Assembly: GCF_009914755.1 (NCBI RefSeq)
Contig: NC_060935.1
DNA from: the human T2T-CHM13v2.0 reference genome, Homo sapiens
Direction: 5' to 3' (one strand)
Length of the DNA: 64,000 bases
In this document: positions 13,364-29,190 of the stretch, in pieces
Position numbering within the stretch: the stretch's first letter is position 1
How the letters are laid out: the number at the start of each line of letters is the position of its first letter
Program-made: the position numbers and the translations under genes
Notes under the pieces: generated by a model
What the model was told of the DNA's origin: nothing
Seen by the model: the letters and a program-made list of their open reading frames with translations, nothing else
Database searches by the model: none

Positions 13364-16300
13364 CCTGTGTTACCCCTCCCCCAGCCCCAGGCAGCACAGC
13401 AAGGAGGGACATAACCACCACTTGGGAGTGGAGAGCAAAGTGGAGCACTAGACTTTGCTTGGGCCCCAATACTAGGCCTCTCCCAGTAAAATCTAATATC
13501 AGCAGACTGAGCCTCCAGGCCTACTCCAGTACCAGGTCAGCCCCCAGGTAAGGCTAGTCCTGGTGGTCCTAGTTTCTAGACCACCCCCAGCACCAGGCTG
13601 GCCCACAGAGCCCCAGGCTTCAGGCCCATCCCAATAACATGCTGGCCCTTTCAACTATAGTTATCAGACTGGCACCTGTGGATCCAGCTTCCAAGCCAAC
13701 CCTTATAAATAGAGCTTCCAGGCCCACCCAACACCAGCACAGTTCCTGAGGCCTCAGGGCCACCCCTGGTTCCAGACCAGCCCAGAGCAAGGTCAGTCCA
13801 CAGAGCCCCAGGCTTCAAACCTGCCCCAGTACAAGATCAGAAACCCTTGCCTCAGACACCAGGTTGGCATCTGCAGACACAGGTTCCAGGCCTACCCAAT
13901 GCCACACCAGCCCCTGTGGCCTCAAGCTGCGGCAGACCCATGGTCCAGATCCATGCCAGTGGACCCCAGTGGTGGGGGAGCCCCCAAGACCTAGGCCCCA
14001 GAACCACCCATGAATACCTAGGTCCCAGGCCAGCCCCCATGTAACTTCCAGGCCAGTACCTGTACATGCAGCCTCTAGGACACAGATTACAGGCTGGTCT
14101 CCACAGACCTAGTCTCCAGGCACCAGACAAGCTCCTACAATCCTAGGCTGTAGATTGAACTCTGTGCATCCAGGCTCCATGAATACCCTAGCACCAGGTT
14201 GGTCCCCATGAAACAAGCCTCCAGTAGTACCAGGTCCAGGCCTCCTTAAGCAGACCCAGGATTTAGCCCCAACCTAGAAGACCTAGCACCAAACCGGCCC
14301 CTGCACTGAGGTTCTAGGACTATTCCCTGCAGACCCAGGCTCCAGGACAGCCACTATAAACTCAGACTCTAAGTCTATCCCAGTGGATCCAGAAACCAGC
14401 CTATCCCAGCACATGGCCAACTCCTGCAGAATCAGGGTCAAATTCCATCCCAGTGCCAGGTCAGCCCCTATGGACCCAGGCTTAAAGCCAGATCCAACAA
14501 ATACATTCTCCAGACACATCCTTGGGGACTTAGGCTCCAGGACCACACCTGTGGATACAATGAAAAGTATCTACTCTGGTAAATCCAGGTATTTGGTTCA
14601 ACCCTGATGACCCAGGTGCCAGGCTTACCCACCCACTAACCCAGGTACTAAGACTCCTTTCTGAGTACTCCAGCCACAAGCCTGGCAATGAATCACATCA
14701 GATGACCTGCCCAGTATCTCTAGAAGGGCTGACTGGTGATAGGTTTTTTCAGAAAAAGTCATTCTGAAACAACTAGAATAAGTCTCTATTTGTGATCAAT
14801 AACAATGAGAAAAACATGATACTACCAAAGGGACTAATTACAGCACCAGAAACTGACACTGAAAGGAAATGAAAATTTATAAACTTCCTGACAAAGATTG
14901 CAAAATAATTTTTTAAGGAAGCTCAGTGAACTTCAATAAAATACAGAAAAACAATTTAATGATATCAAGAAACTACATAAAACTAGAAATTTAATGAGAG
15001 ATTAAAATTATATAAAAACATTCAGAAGCTGAAAAATACAATGAATGATATAAAAATGCAAAAGAAAATATCAACAGGACTGATCAAATGGATGAGAGAA
15101 CATGTGAAGTCAAAGACAAGTTACTAAAAAATATACATTCAGAGGAGAAAAAAGAATGAGGAAATCTTATGAGATTTATAAAACAACATTAAAGAGAAAA
15201 CTCTGGGGTTATAGCAGTTTAAGAAAGAGAGAGACATCACAGTAGAAAGCTTGCTTAAAGAAATGATAGCAAAGGGCTTTCAAAATCTGGGAAAATATAT
15301 AAATATCCAGGTACAGCCATGCCAAAGGTCTCCAATTATTTATTCTAAATAAGATTACACCAAGACACAATAAAACTGTCAAAATTCAAAGACAAAAGAA
15401 GACGCTGAAAGTAGAAAGAGAAAAGAAGCAAATCACATACAAGGAAGAGTCAATCAGGCTACGAGCAAGTTTCTTAGCAGAAACATTATAGGCAAGGGAA
15501 GAATAAGATGATATATTCAAAGTGCTAAAGCTGAAACACTTCCAACCAAGGACACTGTAATCATCACAGTTGTTCTCTATAAATGAAGGAACACTAAAGG
15601 CTCCCAGACAAGTGAACGCTAAGGGACTTCATTACCAACAGACCTATTTTACAACAAATGCTAAAGAGAGTTCTTCAAGCTGAAAGACAAGGATGCTAAA
15701 GAGTAAAACAAAAATATAATAAAGTATAAAACTCAGTGGTGAGAGTAAGTACACAGTGAAATTTAAAGTACTCTAATAATGTAATGGTGGTGTATAAATC
15801 AGTTATATCTTTAGAAATACAGTCAAAAGACAAAACTATTAAAATAATAGCTACAATAATTTGTCAAGGAATATACAATATACAAAGATGTAAATTGTGA
15901 CATCAAAAAACCAAATATGTGTGTGGGATAAGTAGATGCATAGTTATTTTAGGTGATCAAAGTTAAGTTATAAGTTTGAACTATCCTATTGCAACTATGA
16001 GATGTTTTATGTATGTCTTATGGTTACCACAAAGCAAAATTCAATATTAGATATCCAAAAGATAAAAAGGAATCAAAAGACAACACTGTAGAAAATCATC
16101 CAACCATAAAAGAAGACAGAAAGAGAGTAAAACAAGATGAAGGACCTATAACACAGTCAAATAGCAATTAACAAAATGGCAGTAATAAGTCCTTATGTAT
16201 CAATAATTACTCTGAATATAAATAGGTTAAATGTTCCAATCAAAAGAAATAGAGTAGTTGAATGGATAAAACAAAAACAAAAAAGACTCAACTATATACT

Positions 16301-17960
16301 ACCTACAAGAAACTCACTTCATGTTTAAGGACACACACAATTTGAAGGTAAAGGGATAAAAAAAATATATATCATGCAAATGAAAACCAAAAGAAACCAG
16401 GCTAGCTACACCTGTATCAGATAAAATAGACTTTAAGTCATAACCATAAAAAGACAGAAAGAATGTCTCTTTAAATTATTATAATAATAAAAGGGTCAAA
16501 TAATCAAGAAGATATAACAATTGTAAATATATATGTACCCAAAATTTGAGCACCTAAATATGTAAAGCCAATATTAATAGAGCTGAAAGAATATATAGAC
16601 TATAACATAATAGTAAGAAACTTCAATACTCCACCTTCAGCAATGTACAGCTCAATCTGACAGGAAGTCATTAATAAAACATTGTAAACTACATTTTAGA
16701 CAAATGGACCTAAAAGCCATGTACAGAGAACACTGCATGCAACAGAAGCAGAATACACATTTTTCTCAAGTACACATAGAAGATTCCCTAGGATAGATCC
16801 GTTGGGCCACTAAACAACTTTTAGCAAATTTATGAAGATTGGAATCACTTAAAGTATCTTTTCCAAATACAATAGTATCAAGCTAGAAATCAAATTTTTA
16901 AAAATTCACGAATACATAGTAATTAAAAAACATGCTCCTGAACTAGTGTGTCAATGAAATTAACAATAAAATTTAATGTATCTTGAGAAAAATAAAAATT
17001 GAAACACGACATACCAAAACATAGAGGATGCAGCAAAAGCAATTATAAGAGGGAAGTTTATAGCAATAAACATCTGTATCAAAAAAGAATGATCTCAAAG
17101 AAACAATGTAATTTTACACTTCAAGGGACTAGAAAAAAGAACAAACTAAGCCCAAAGTTAGTAAAAGGAAGAAGATAATAAATATCCGACCAGAAATACA
17201 TAAAATGAACAGAAAAAAAATTTAAATAAAAGTTAATGTTGGCTTTTTAATAGATGAGCAAAAGTGACAAAATGTTACTTCATGAAGAGAAAAAGACTCC
17301 AATAACTGAAAACAAGGATGAGATGTTATAACTGACATCTTAGCAATGTAAAGTCTCATAAAAGACTAATATGAACAATTATACACCAACTAATTGAATA
17401 ATCTAGAATTTATGAATAAACACAATCAACAAAGAGTGAATCATTAAGAAATGGAATATATGAACAGATCAATAATGAGTAAAAAGATTGAATTGGTAAT
17501 AATATATCTCCCATCAAAAAAAGCCCAGCCCTTTATGACTTTACTACTGAATCTCCAAGTCATCTAAAGAACTAATACCAATGCTACTCAAACTTTGTCC
17601 CAAAAATATTTAAAAATCGAGGGGATACTTCCAAACTTATTTTACAAGACCAGTACTATGCCAATATTAAAGCCAGATAAGGACACTACAAGAAAGTAAG
17701 TTACAGATCAATATTCTTTGTGAACATAGATGCAAAATCTTCAACTAAATACTAGCAAACCAATTCAATAGCACATTCAAAGAATCATTTATCAAAGGGA
17801 TGCAAGGACAGCACAACCTACACAAATCTATAAATATAATACACCACATCAACAGAATAAAGGACAAAAACATATGAGCATCTCAATAAATAAGAAAAAA
17901 CATTTGGCAGTATTTAACTTCTTTCATAATCAACACTCTTAACACATTAAATATAGAAGT
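13364..17960 (+). mobile_element. Old L1 (L1MA/L1MB-type): CCAGGC-rich repetitive 5' UTR, ORF1, inter-ORF and ORF2 up to the start of RT; 3' half missing
   Basis: 5' UTR 13364-14790 and degenerate ORF1 ~14800-15700. ORF2 starts at 'atggcagtaataagtccttatgtatcaataattactctgaat' (~16176). Homology stops at ~17960 with no 3' UTR or poly-A. Confidence 0.88.
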
Positions 17961-18845
17961 ATCCCACATTCTTAATTTTGTATGTGTGTTTTCAGCAGAG
18001 GCACCGTAACACAAGTAGAAAAATTGTACCCGACATTATGAACTCAGGACTTTTCCTTCACCTGGGAAAAAATCATGATAATTAAAAAGAAGCAGAAACC
18101 TATTTAATTTCTTCTCAAGTCCAGTATAGTTAAATGATTGGTACTTCATCCATTTGACATAGTGGAAAAGAAAAAACTAGATTAGAGTTTGGTAGACACA
18201 GTATGGCATCTGCCTTTGATCAATTTTGTTGCATGATTTGAAATGAGTCACCTCTTTCTAAATGTCATCTCATTTGAATAAGTAATTTTAAACTATTTGC
18301 AGCAAAACATTCAGTAACTCATTTCACTATTTCTGATGCAGTGAATGCAAATAAACAAAAGCCATTGCTTTTCTTGACACATCCTCTTCACACAATTAAG
18401 AAATGGTTACAACCTGAGAAAACTGCGAACTATATTGCTATTAATTCAGAACAACATAGGAGAAGGGGGAGTTTATGACGGAGGAATAAAATTACAGTGG
18501 GAAAAAAAGTACCTCATAAATGAAAAAAAGAGTCAGATTTCATACAAAATCCTCTCAGTAGTTCCACATCACATTCTTTAATAACAAAACTGAAAGAATC
18601 GTAATTTTTATGATAAATTCAAAGGCCAGTTGCCAGATAATTTATTTTCCAAAAAGAAGACATTATAAATACAAGGATCTACTGTAACTAAATTTCAATA
18701 GAGTCTCACTATCTAATGCAAATGTATCCTATGTAAATTATTACTTGATAAATAAAATACCCTAAATCACCACAAAATTTTAAGCAAGGAGTGTCGAGTT
18801 TTTCTCAGTCCCTACATGTACGTTACCCAACACATGATTATATCA

Positions 18846-21270
<2,425 letters not shown>

Positions 21271-21737
21271 CCCCTAGATTATTGAAAGTAGTGATTCTTC
21301 TATTCTAACCCATTTTTCCTCAAATGAATTCAATGTGAACAGGCTCATTTACAACGTTTTCAATCTATGTTTATCGGAATTATAAAATTTTAAAACTAGA
21401 ATAAATTTTGAACTGAATTACAGTACAGAGTTCTTTGACATTCTTAGCACATTTGTCTTACCACAACAAGAAAACAGTCTTAAAAAGTTAAATTGTCATA
21501 CAATATAAACTTTAATAAGACACTTGAAATGATTGCAATGCTTTAAACTTTTCAGTTCTTGGAAATATCAAATATATTCTAATCAAAAATATACCAAAAT
21601 TATCTGTTTTGAGAGAGAATAAGTTAATCCTATTACAATCTTTGGTAGAAGATCTCTAAGAATTCAAGAGAATAAAAGACTCCATAAGTGCTCAGGTAGT
21701 GAGTCATATGAAGAGGATACACAAACTGTGAGCTCAG

Positions 21738-21822
21738 GAAAATGCAGCATTAAGGTTGGGCCAGTGCCCCTGATTGGCAATCCCCAGTCAGGGGCACTGG
21801 CCCAACCTTATGCCGTATTTTC
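21738..21822. repeat. Inverted repeat / long hairpin (perfect 23-bp core arms)
   Basis: taaggttgggccagtgcccctga (21751-21773) is the exact reverse complement of tcaggggcactggcccaacctta (21788-21810). The stem extends on both sides. Confidence 0.95.
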
Positions 21823-22173
21823 TAGCTGCAAAGTCCTTTCCCCATCACTTTATTTGCTCTAAGACTATTTTGTGATTTTTTTCCAGAGACACTGTGTCTG
21901 TCAAATTAAATTGTAGCACAAGAGGTTGTAAAAATAGATGTAATAAAACCAGTGTGTTATGTGACATTGTGACACAGTAAAACAGAGCTGGGTATGAACG
22001 TGTTCTTTAGCTTTCCTTTCTCATTTTACTAATCAGTGCACAGATCTTGAATTTGATGAAATGGAATGGGTTAGAATGTGAGCACTGAATATATCATGAC
22101 AATATTAAGCTAACAGAAGCTGCACCTTCATGTCCCACAAGGCAAAGAGGGGTTGTAAACTTGGAAAACAAGT

Positions 22174-22397
22174 TACCAATTTTATTTTATATATATATAT
22201 AAAAAAATACCAATTTTATATATATATACCAATTTTTATATATATATATATAAAAACACATGTATTTGTAGGGCTTGCCTCATATTACATATGTATATAT
22301 GTATATATAGTACGGCACATATATATATGTAGGGCACAGTATATGTATGTATGTAGGGCACATATATATATATGTAGGGTGTATATATATATATATG
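22174..22397. repeat. Compound (TA)n-based tandem repeat
   Basis: Units 'taccaatttt(at)n' x3, then '(at)n gtagggcaca'-like units. Confidence 0.9.
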
Positions 22398-22979
22398 AGC
22401 CTGGGTTATTCTCAGTGTTTAGTTTCTCCTCCATGAGTAGGCTGGGGACAAATAATGACTAAAATGTTTTCATAGAGAATAAGTTAGTCCTTCCTTGAAT
22501 GTTTTACCCAGTTCAGATTTTTAAGCTAATGGACATTGCCTAGGAATGGTTAAAGTTAGCTAAAAGCAGAATGATTCAATGAAACTCATCATCTGGGGAA
22601 ACCGCTATTAATTAGTATATAAAATTTTCTAAGGAGACCTTGGATCTTGAATGTGCTAAGCATCGTCTCTCAGTAGATGACATAAAGTACAATTCTGGTT
22701 AAATATTATGTCCTTCAAACTAAGCAGTCCATCTCTCATATATCTATGTTTTACACCTAGTTATCTTTCAAGCAGGTTGGAACAAGTTGAGTGCTGGGAC
22801 ACATTTCAATGGACAATTTAGAAACAAGTGCAATATTCAACATAGGACCTAGAAGAGAAGGGTGAACCATGTTAGCTTATCTTTGAACTGAGAGAAAATC
22901 TGTGCATAATAGCTCACCATATTTAGGTATCTGGAAAGACTGCCCAGTGAAGAGAGACATAAGTACAAAATCAAGAGCG

Positions 22980-23810
22980 GTAAAAATCATGTGACACTAA
23001 ATGTAAATTGAAAATATGGCATAAATTTATAATTTCTTATTGAAACTGTATATTCCTACTTATGTCCACTGGAAAAGTCTAGAAGTGATTGACAACTCAC
23101 CACTGATAAGCATCTCTATTGCCCAGATTGTAGTATGTAAGCATAATTTCCCAGTATAAGAAATTAGGATTGCTTCAGGAAAAAAAAATGGTTATTTCAA
23201 AGCTTTGGACCAAAAAGCTGCAAGATATGCCTGGGAAATCTTGTGTAAGAAATCAAGGATGTAACACTGAGTTAAAAAGATAGAAGTCACCTTGAAAGTA
23301 CTTCAATAGTGTAAGATGGGGCAATGTGCACACTGAAGAGAAGAATAATTTCAGATTATTGAAACATATTAAATGTATAAAACTCCATAAGTTTATATCA
23401 CCACTTTAAAAAAATCCTCACAGTTCATCAATAAGTAAGGTACTAACTCATTTAAAATTGGGGAAGGAAAGTAAATGAAACATTTACCTTCTCTTTATCA
23501 TAATATAGTTTAAGGAAATAATTTATGAGGAAAAAATTTTAAACATAATTGTAGTTAATTAAGACAGAAGGAAAGATAACATTTAAAAACTATTCTATTG
23601 AATTCTCAGCTTAAAATAAAAGTTAGAAAAATAAATAAAAAATATCAATTTTGAATTTTGGATTATATAGCAGTATTGTATTAAAATAAAATTTCTTCAG
23701 GTTGAAAACCATACTGTGGTTTTATAACAAAATGTTCTCATTAAGAAGTATACACCAAGATATTTAGGTGTAAGAAAGCAGGATGTCTCCACAAATCCAT
23801 AGACAGATGT

Positions 23811-23863
<53 letters not shown>

Positions 23864-24440
23864 TGGATCAGTAATAGATGGATAGAATATTTTTTTAAAA
23901 TAGTACAAACTAGTACAAACTGTAATGAATAAGTGGTTAGTCTGTTTAAAGGATATATTGGAGTTTCTTGTACTATTTTAAAACTTTTCTATAAGTGCTC
24001 TCTAAATTTTCAATTACATCAAAATAAAAAGTTTACAAAAGAAAAAAAAGGACACCTCAGAGACAAAACAACAGAATGTAATATAAAAGCCTTTAGAGAT
24101 CCTTATTTCTGCAAACCAGAAAGTGGGGAAAAAAAATTTAATGAAGCAATCAAGAAAATTGTATTAGACTAATAGATTATATTAAGAAATTAAAATTAAT
24201 TTTGTTAGATGTAAAAATAGCATTTAAATTATATAATAAAATTATTGTGTTTTAGTGATACATACCAAAACATGTATGAATAAAGTATCAAGATGTTTTG
24301 GATTTGTTTTAAAATGCTTCAGGTAAGAAAAAAATATATTAAACATCCCAGATGAGACAAAATCCTGACAATTATTAAATCTGGGTGATTGATATAATTT
24401 TTTGTACTTTTTTAATTAAAAAATTGTTTCTAACAAATAT
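22980..24440 (+). mobile_element. Ancient L1MC-type 3' UTR fragments
   Basis: 'gcccagattgtagt...ttcccagtataagaaattaggattgcttcaggaaaa' and 'gtttcttgtactattttaaaacttttct' resemble L1MC4/5 3' ends. Confidence 0.6.
23813..23860 (+). repeat. (AC)24 microsatellite
   Basis: Uninterrupted AC run. Confidence 0.98.
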
Positions 24441-25094
24441 TTTATAAAGAAGTTCTAAACTTTTTTATAGAAGAACAAAACAATAAAAGAAAAACAATCT
24501 AAGTAGTTTGTCTCTTACTAAGTGGGTAAGACAGCCATTTTCAATTAAAGCAAAGTAAGCATTTTTTTCTGGGAGTTAAATGTTCTTCTGTAAAGTACTG
24601 TTATTCTTTTTCCAACAAAAACAGGATGAAAGTCATGTTAACATAAAGAATTTACTCACAAGTTAACAGCCTTTTGTTTGTGTATAATTTTACTTATCAA
24701 AGTAAAGTTCTCTTCATTTTTGATTCTAGAGGAGAACATCCTCTAGATGTTTCAAAAATACAATGACTAGATGTATATCCACAGCTTTCCTTGTTCTCAA
24801 ATGACCCAATCTCATTTAGAAGTTAACAAAAAGGAAAAACAAATCCAAACCCTAAGCCTTTATTTATATAGACCCTAATTGGAAAAACTAGAATTTCAAA
24901 GACAATGAGAGATTAACAAACCATCATAAACTTTTTGTTTGTTTATTTTTTGAAAGGAAAAAAGTAAGGTTTCCCTAGGTGGGCAGTTGAAATTAAAGGG
25001 GGTCTGTTTGAAAGAAAATGAAAGAAAAATAGACAGGTTAAGAGAATGAGCATCCACATGAAAAACCCTTTATGGACATCAGACTTCTGTATTT

Positions 25095-25155
25095 AAAAAA
25101 AAAAAAAGAAGAAGAAGAGAGAAGAGCAAAGACAGAAGAGAGAAGAGAAAAGAAG
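25095..25155 (+). repeat. A/AG-rich simple repeat
   Basis: Poly-A, then GAA/GAGAA/GAAAA units. Confidence 0.9.
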
Positions 25156-25380
25156 AGAAAAGAGAAAAGAAAAGAACCCTTCAAAGCCTAAAATTGTGAG
25201 ATGTTTCTTTTTACTAACCGTGGTAAGTCACAAGGAAAACAAATTAGATGAAACTACCATTCATATTTCTTCCGATCAGATTAAACTACCATTCTTGTTC
25301 CTTCTGATCAGTTCTCCTCAACTTTCACCAGATATCTAAAAAGAAGAAAGCTGTTTATTAATGCGTTATTACTAATAGGC

Positions 25381-26522
25381 TTTTTTTTTAAGAGAAATTT
25401 TGGGTTCACCGTAGATGGAAGATATAATGAATTCTCACATACTATCCACTCCTCCACAACAGCTTACCCCACCATCATCATCCCACACCAGTGTGGTAGA
25501 TTTATTAACAATTGATGAACCCATGATTATTGACCAAAGTCCATAGTTTGCATTAGGGTATACTCTGTGTAGTACACTCTATGGGTTCTGACAAATGGGA
25601 TGCATCCATCGTTACAGCATTATACAAATTTTGCTGCCCCCCTAGAACTCCTGAGTTCTACCTATTCATCCCTCCCTCCAAACCCATGGCAAGCAGTTAT
25701 CTTTTTACTACTTTTTCCCAAAAATTTTGCCTTTTCCAGAATGTCGTGTAGTTGGAATCACACAGCATATAGCCTTTTCGAATGACATATTTCATTTAGT
25801 AATATGCATTTAGGATTCCTCCATGTCTTTTTGCCGGCTTGATAGCTCATTTCTTTTTAGTGCTGAATACTCTTTTGCATGATGCATCATATTTTATTTA
25901 TCCATTTACCCACCGAAGAGCATCTTGATGACTCCCAGGTTTTAACAATTATGAATAAAACTACAAGTAACATTTGTGTGCAGGTTTTTGTGAGGATGTA
26001 CATCTTCAACTCACTTGGGTAAATACCAAGGATTGTGATTGCTGGTTTGTACAGTAAGAGTATGTTTAGTTTTGTAAGAAAATATCAAACTGCCTTTCAA
26101 AGCAGTTGTACTATTTTGCATTCCCATTAGCAATTAATGAAAGCTTCCATCGTTCCACATCCTTGATAGCATTTGATACTATCAGTGTTTTGCATTTTAG
26201 CCCTTCAAATATGTATGTAGTGATATATTATTGTCTTAATTTGCAATTTCCTAGTGACATATGATGTTGAGCACCTTTTCATATGTTTATTTGACATTTA
26301 TATAGATTTGTTAGTGAGATGTCTGTTCTAATCTTTTGCTCATTTTTTACTCAACTGTTCACCTTCTTGAGTTTTAAGAGTTCTTTTCATACTTTGGATT
26401 ACAGTCCTTTATCAGATATGCCTTTTTCAAACATTTTCTCTCAGCAAAAAATTTTAGTTTCAATAAAATTCATCTGGTCAATTATTTCTTTCATGAATTG
26501 TGTCTTTAGTGTTTTATCAAAA
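25381..26522 (-). mobile_element. L1MC-type 3' end, truncated
   Basis: 'acaattgatgaacc...caaagtccatagtttgcattagggt' is a characteristic antisense L1MC 3' UTR, followed by ORF2 C-terminal remnants. Confidence 0.85.
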
Positions 26523-27505
26523 AAGGTACAAGCAATGTGTAAAGGATTCCCTATTTAATAAATGGTGCTGGGAGAACTAGCTAGCCATAAGGAGAAAATT
26601 AAAACTGGGCCTGTTTCTTATACAAAAATTAACTCAAGATGGATTAAATACTTAAATGTAAAACCCAAAACTATACAAACCCTCAAAGAAAATCTAGGCA
26701 ATACCATTCAAGACATAGGCATGGGCAAAGATTTCAAGATGAAAACACTAAAAGCAATTGCAACAAAAGCAAAAATTGACAAACAGGATCTAATTAAACT
26801 AAAGAGCTTCTGCACAGCAAGAGAAGCTATCATCACATTGAACAGACAATCTACAGAATGGGAGAAAATTTTTGCAATTTGTCCAGCTGACAAAAGTCTA
26901 ATATCTAGAGTCTACAAGGAACTTAAACAAATTTACAAAAAAAAAAAAAAAAAAAAACAATTACATTAAAAAGTGGGCAAAGGACATGAACAGTCACTTC
27001 CTAAAAGACATTTATGCTACCAACAAGCCTATGAAAAAATCTCAGTATCACTGATCATTAGAGAAATGCAAATCAAAACCACAATGAGATACCATCTCAC
27101 ACCAGTCAGGCGATTATTACAAAGTCAGGAAACAACAGATGCTGGTTAAGTTGTGGAGAAAAAGCAATGCTTTTACAGTTAGTGGGAATGTAAATTAGTT
27201 CAACCATTGTGGAAGACAGTGTGGCAGTTCCTCAAAGATCTAGATCTGTTCAATGAGAACACATGGGCAAATGGCAGGGAACAACACACACTGGGGCCTG
27301 TTGTTGAGGGTGGTACAGGGGTAGGGAGAGCATCAGGAAGAACAGATAATGGTTTCTGGGCTTAACCTAGGTGATGGGTTCATCTGTGCAACAAACCACC
27401 ATGGCACACGTTTAACTACGTAACAAACCTACACCTCCTGCACATGTACCCCTGAACTTAAAATCTGAAGAAAAAAAAAAGATAATAAACAGCTAATTAA
27501 AAAAA
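26523..27505 (+). mobile_element. 5'-truncated L1PA (older subfamily) with internal deletion
   Basis: ORF 26562-26969 is ORF2 C-terminal region ('[17 protein letters not shown]...[11 protein letters not shown]'). 3' UTR and A-tail at ~27470-27505. Confidence 0.93.
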
Positions 27506-27870
27506 GACTGAGTTATGAGAAAATTCACTCTCTCTCTCTCTCTTTGATTTTAAGCTGGGACATCGGTCTTCTCATAACTTGGGACTAGGACTCAGACTAA
27601 AACCTACATCAGCGATTCTTCTGGTTCTCAAGCCTTTAGAGTAGGATTGGACCTATACCAGTGTCTCTCCTACCTCTCCAGCTTGCCAACTCTCAATCAT
27701 GGGACTTAGCCTCCATAACACTGTGACCCAAGGGAACCAATTCCGTATAACAAATCGCTTTTAGAGAAAGATACATAATATATATTAATATGTATATATA
27801 TGTATATGTTTATATAGCTCTATAAAATCCTGCTGTTTCTGTTTTACCAGAGAACAGAAACTAATTCTAT
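27506..27870 (+). mobile_element. MLT2 (ERVL) LTR, 3' portion
   Basis: 'agctgggacatcggtcttctc', 'gggacttagcctccataac', TA-rich spacer, 'tttctgttttaccagagaac'. Confidence 0.8.
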
Positions 27871-28109
27871 CTATTAATCTGTCAGTCTGTCTATCCATCC
27901 AGTTAAACTGAAGTGTGCAAAGGGCAGAATTTAAAAACACATTAAAATCTCAAGGAGATCACAGCTGGATAGAGGAGGTAGTCACTAACAGACAACTTCA
28001 AACAGTAAGAAAAGAGCAATCCTTGTGCTGCTTCTGAAGAACTGTTGTAGGAAACTACAAGTTGTGCATTGGCTTATTCAGAAATGTGCTGACAGTGGAA
28101 ACCTGCAGA

Positions 28110-28260
28110 GAAGGTAAGTTACAGATCTCAGGGGCCATTTTGTGCCATGTTAGAGTATTTGGACACCTTTCTGCTGGGTGATGAGTAGCCACTGATGGTT
28201 TTAATCAGCAGAGGGACAAAATCCATTTGTTCCCCAGAACAATTGCTCTGTCAGAAGAAT
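28110..28260 (-). mobile_element. L2 fragment
   Basis: 'gccatgttagagtatttggac...gccactgatggttttaatcagcagagggaca'. Confidence 0.6.
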
Positions 28261-28596
28261 AAAAAATAGCATATAGTGACAAGGGGGAAGCATTCACACT
28301 TTTTTTCTTACTTCAAATCCATTTATTTTCTTGCTTTCCCAAAGGCTTTTGAACAAAAAAAAAAATGAGCAAGTAGAGCCTATAAAATATTTTCAAAATA
28401 AAAATAAAATTACTTATAATGTTAATTTCAATAACATTATCTTAAGAAATATGTCCTGGACTATCACTGTTTTAACTAAGAACCAGTATATGTTTAACAT
28501 CTTCAAGTATGACAGAAAAGATATACCAAATTGGAATCCAACTCAATGAGCTGACCAAAACATTTGGGAAATCTCAGATTAATAGTGCAACATTTA

Positions 28597-28884
28597 GGCC
28601 AGGTACAGTGGCTCACGCCTGTAATCCCACAACTTTGGGAAGCTGAGGCAGGAGGACTGTTTGAGGCCAGAAGTTTGAAACCAGCCTGGGAAACATGGCA
28701 AAACCAGTCTCTACTAAAAATTCAAAAATTAGGCATGGTGGCATGCACCTGTAGTCCCAGCTACGCAGGAGGCTGAGGTGGGAGGATTACTTAAACCCAG
28801 AAAGTCAAGGCTGCAATGAGCCACGTATGTGCCACTGCACTCAGGGTGAAAAGGAGACCCTGTTTCAACAGCAACAACAAAAAA
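28597..28884 (+). mobile_element. AluJ
   Basis: Full Alu with J-type 'gaggtgggaggattacttaaacccag...aaggctgcaatgagcc'. Confidence 0.95.
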
Positions 28885-28894
28885 AGTGGAACAT

Positions 28895-29190
<296 letters not shown>

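Noticed and set aside
13126-14607. ORFs and GC-rich block as a CpG island or gene start
   Set aside because: This is THE1 LTR plus L1 5' UTR, and CpG is depleted.
25381-27505. Head-to-head L1 pieces as a twin-primed inversion
   Set aside because: Each has its own 3' end and they are of clearly different age.
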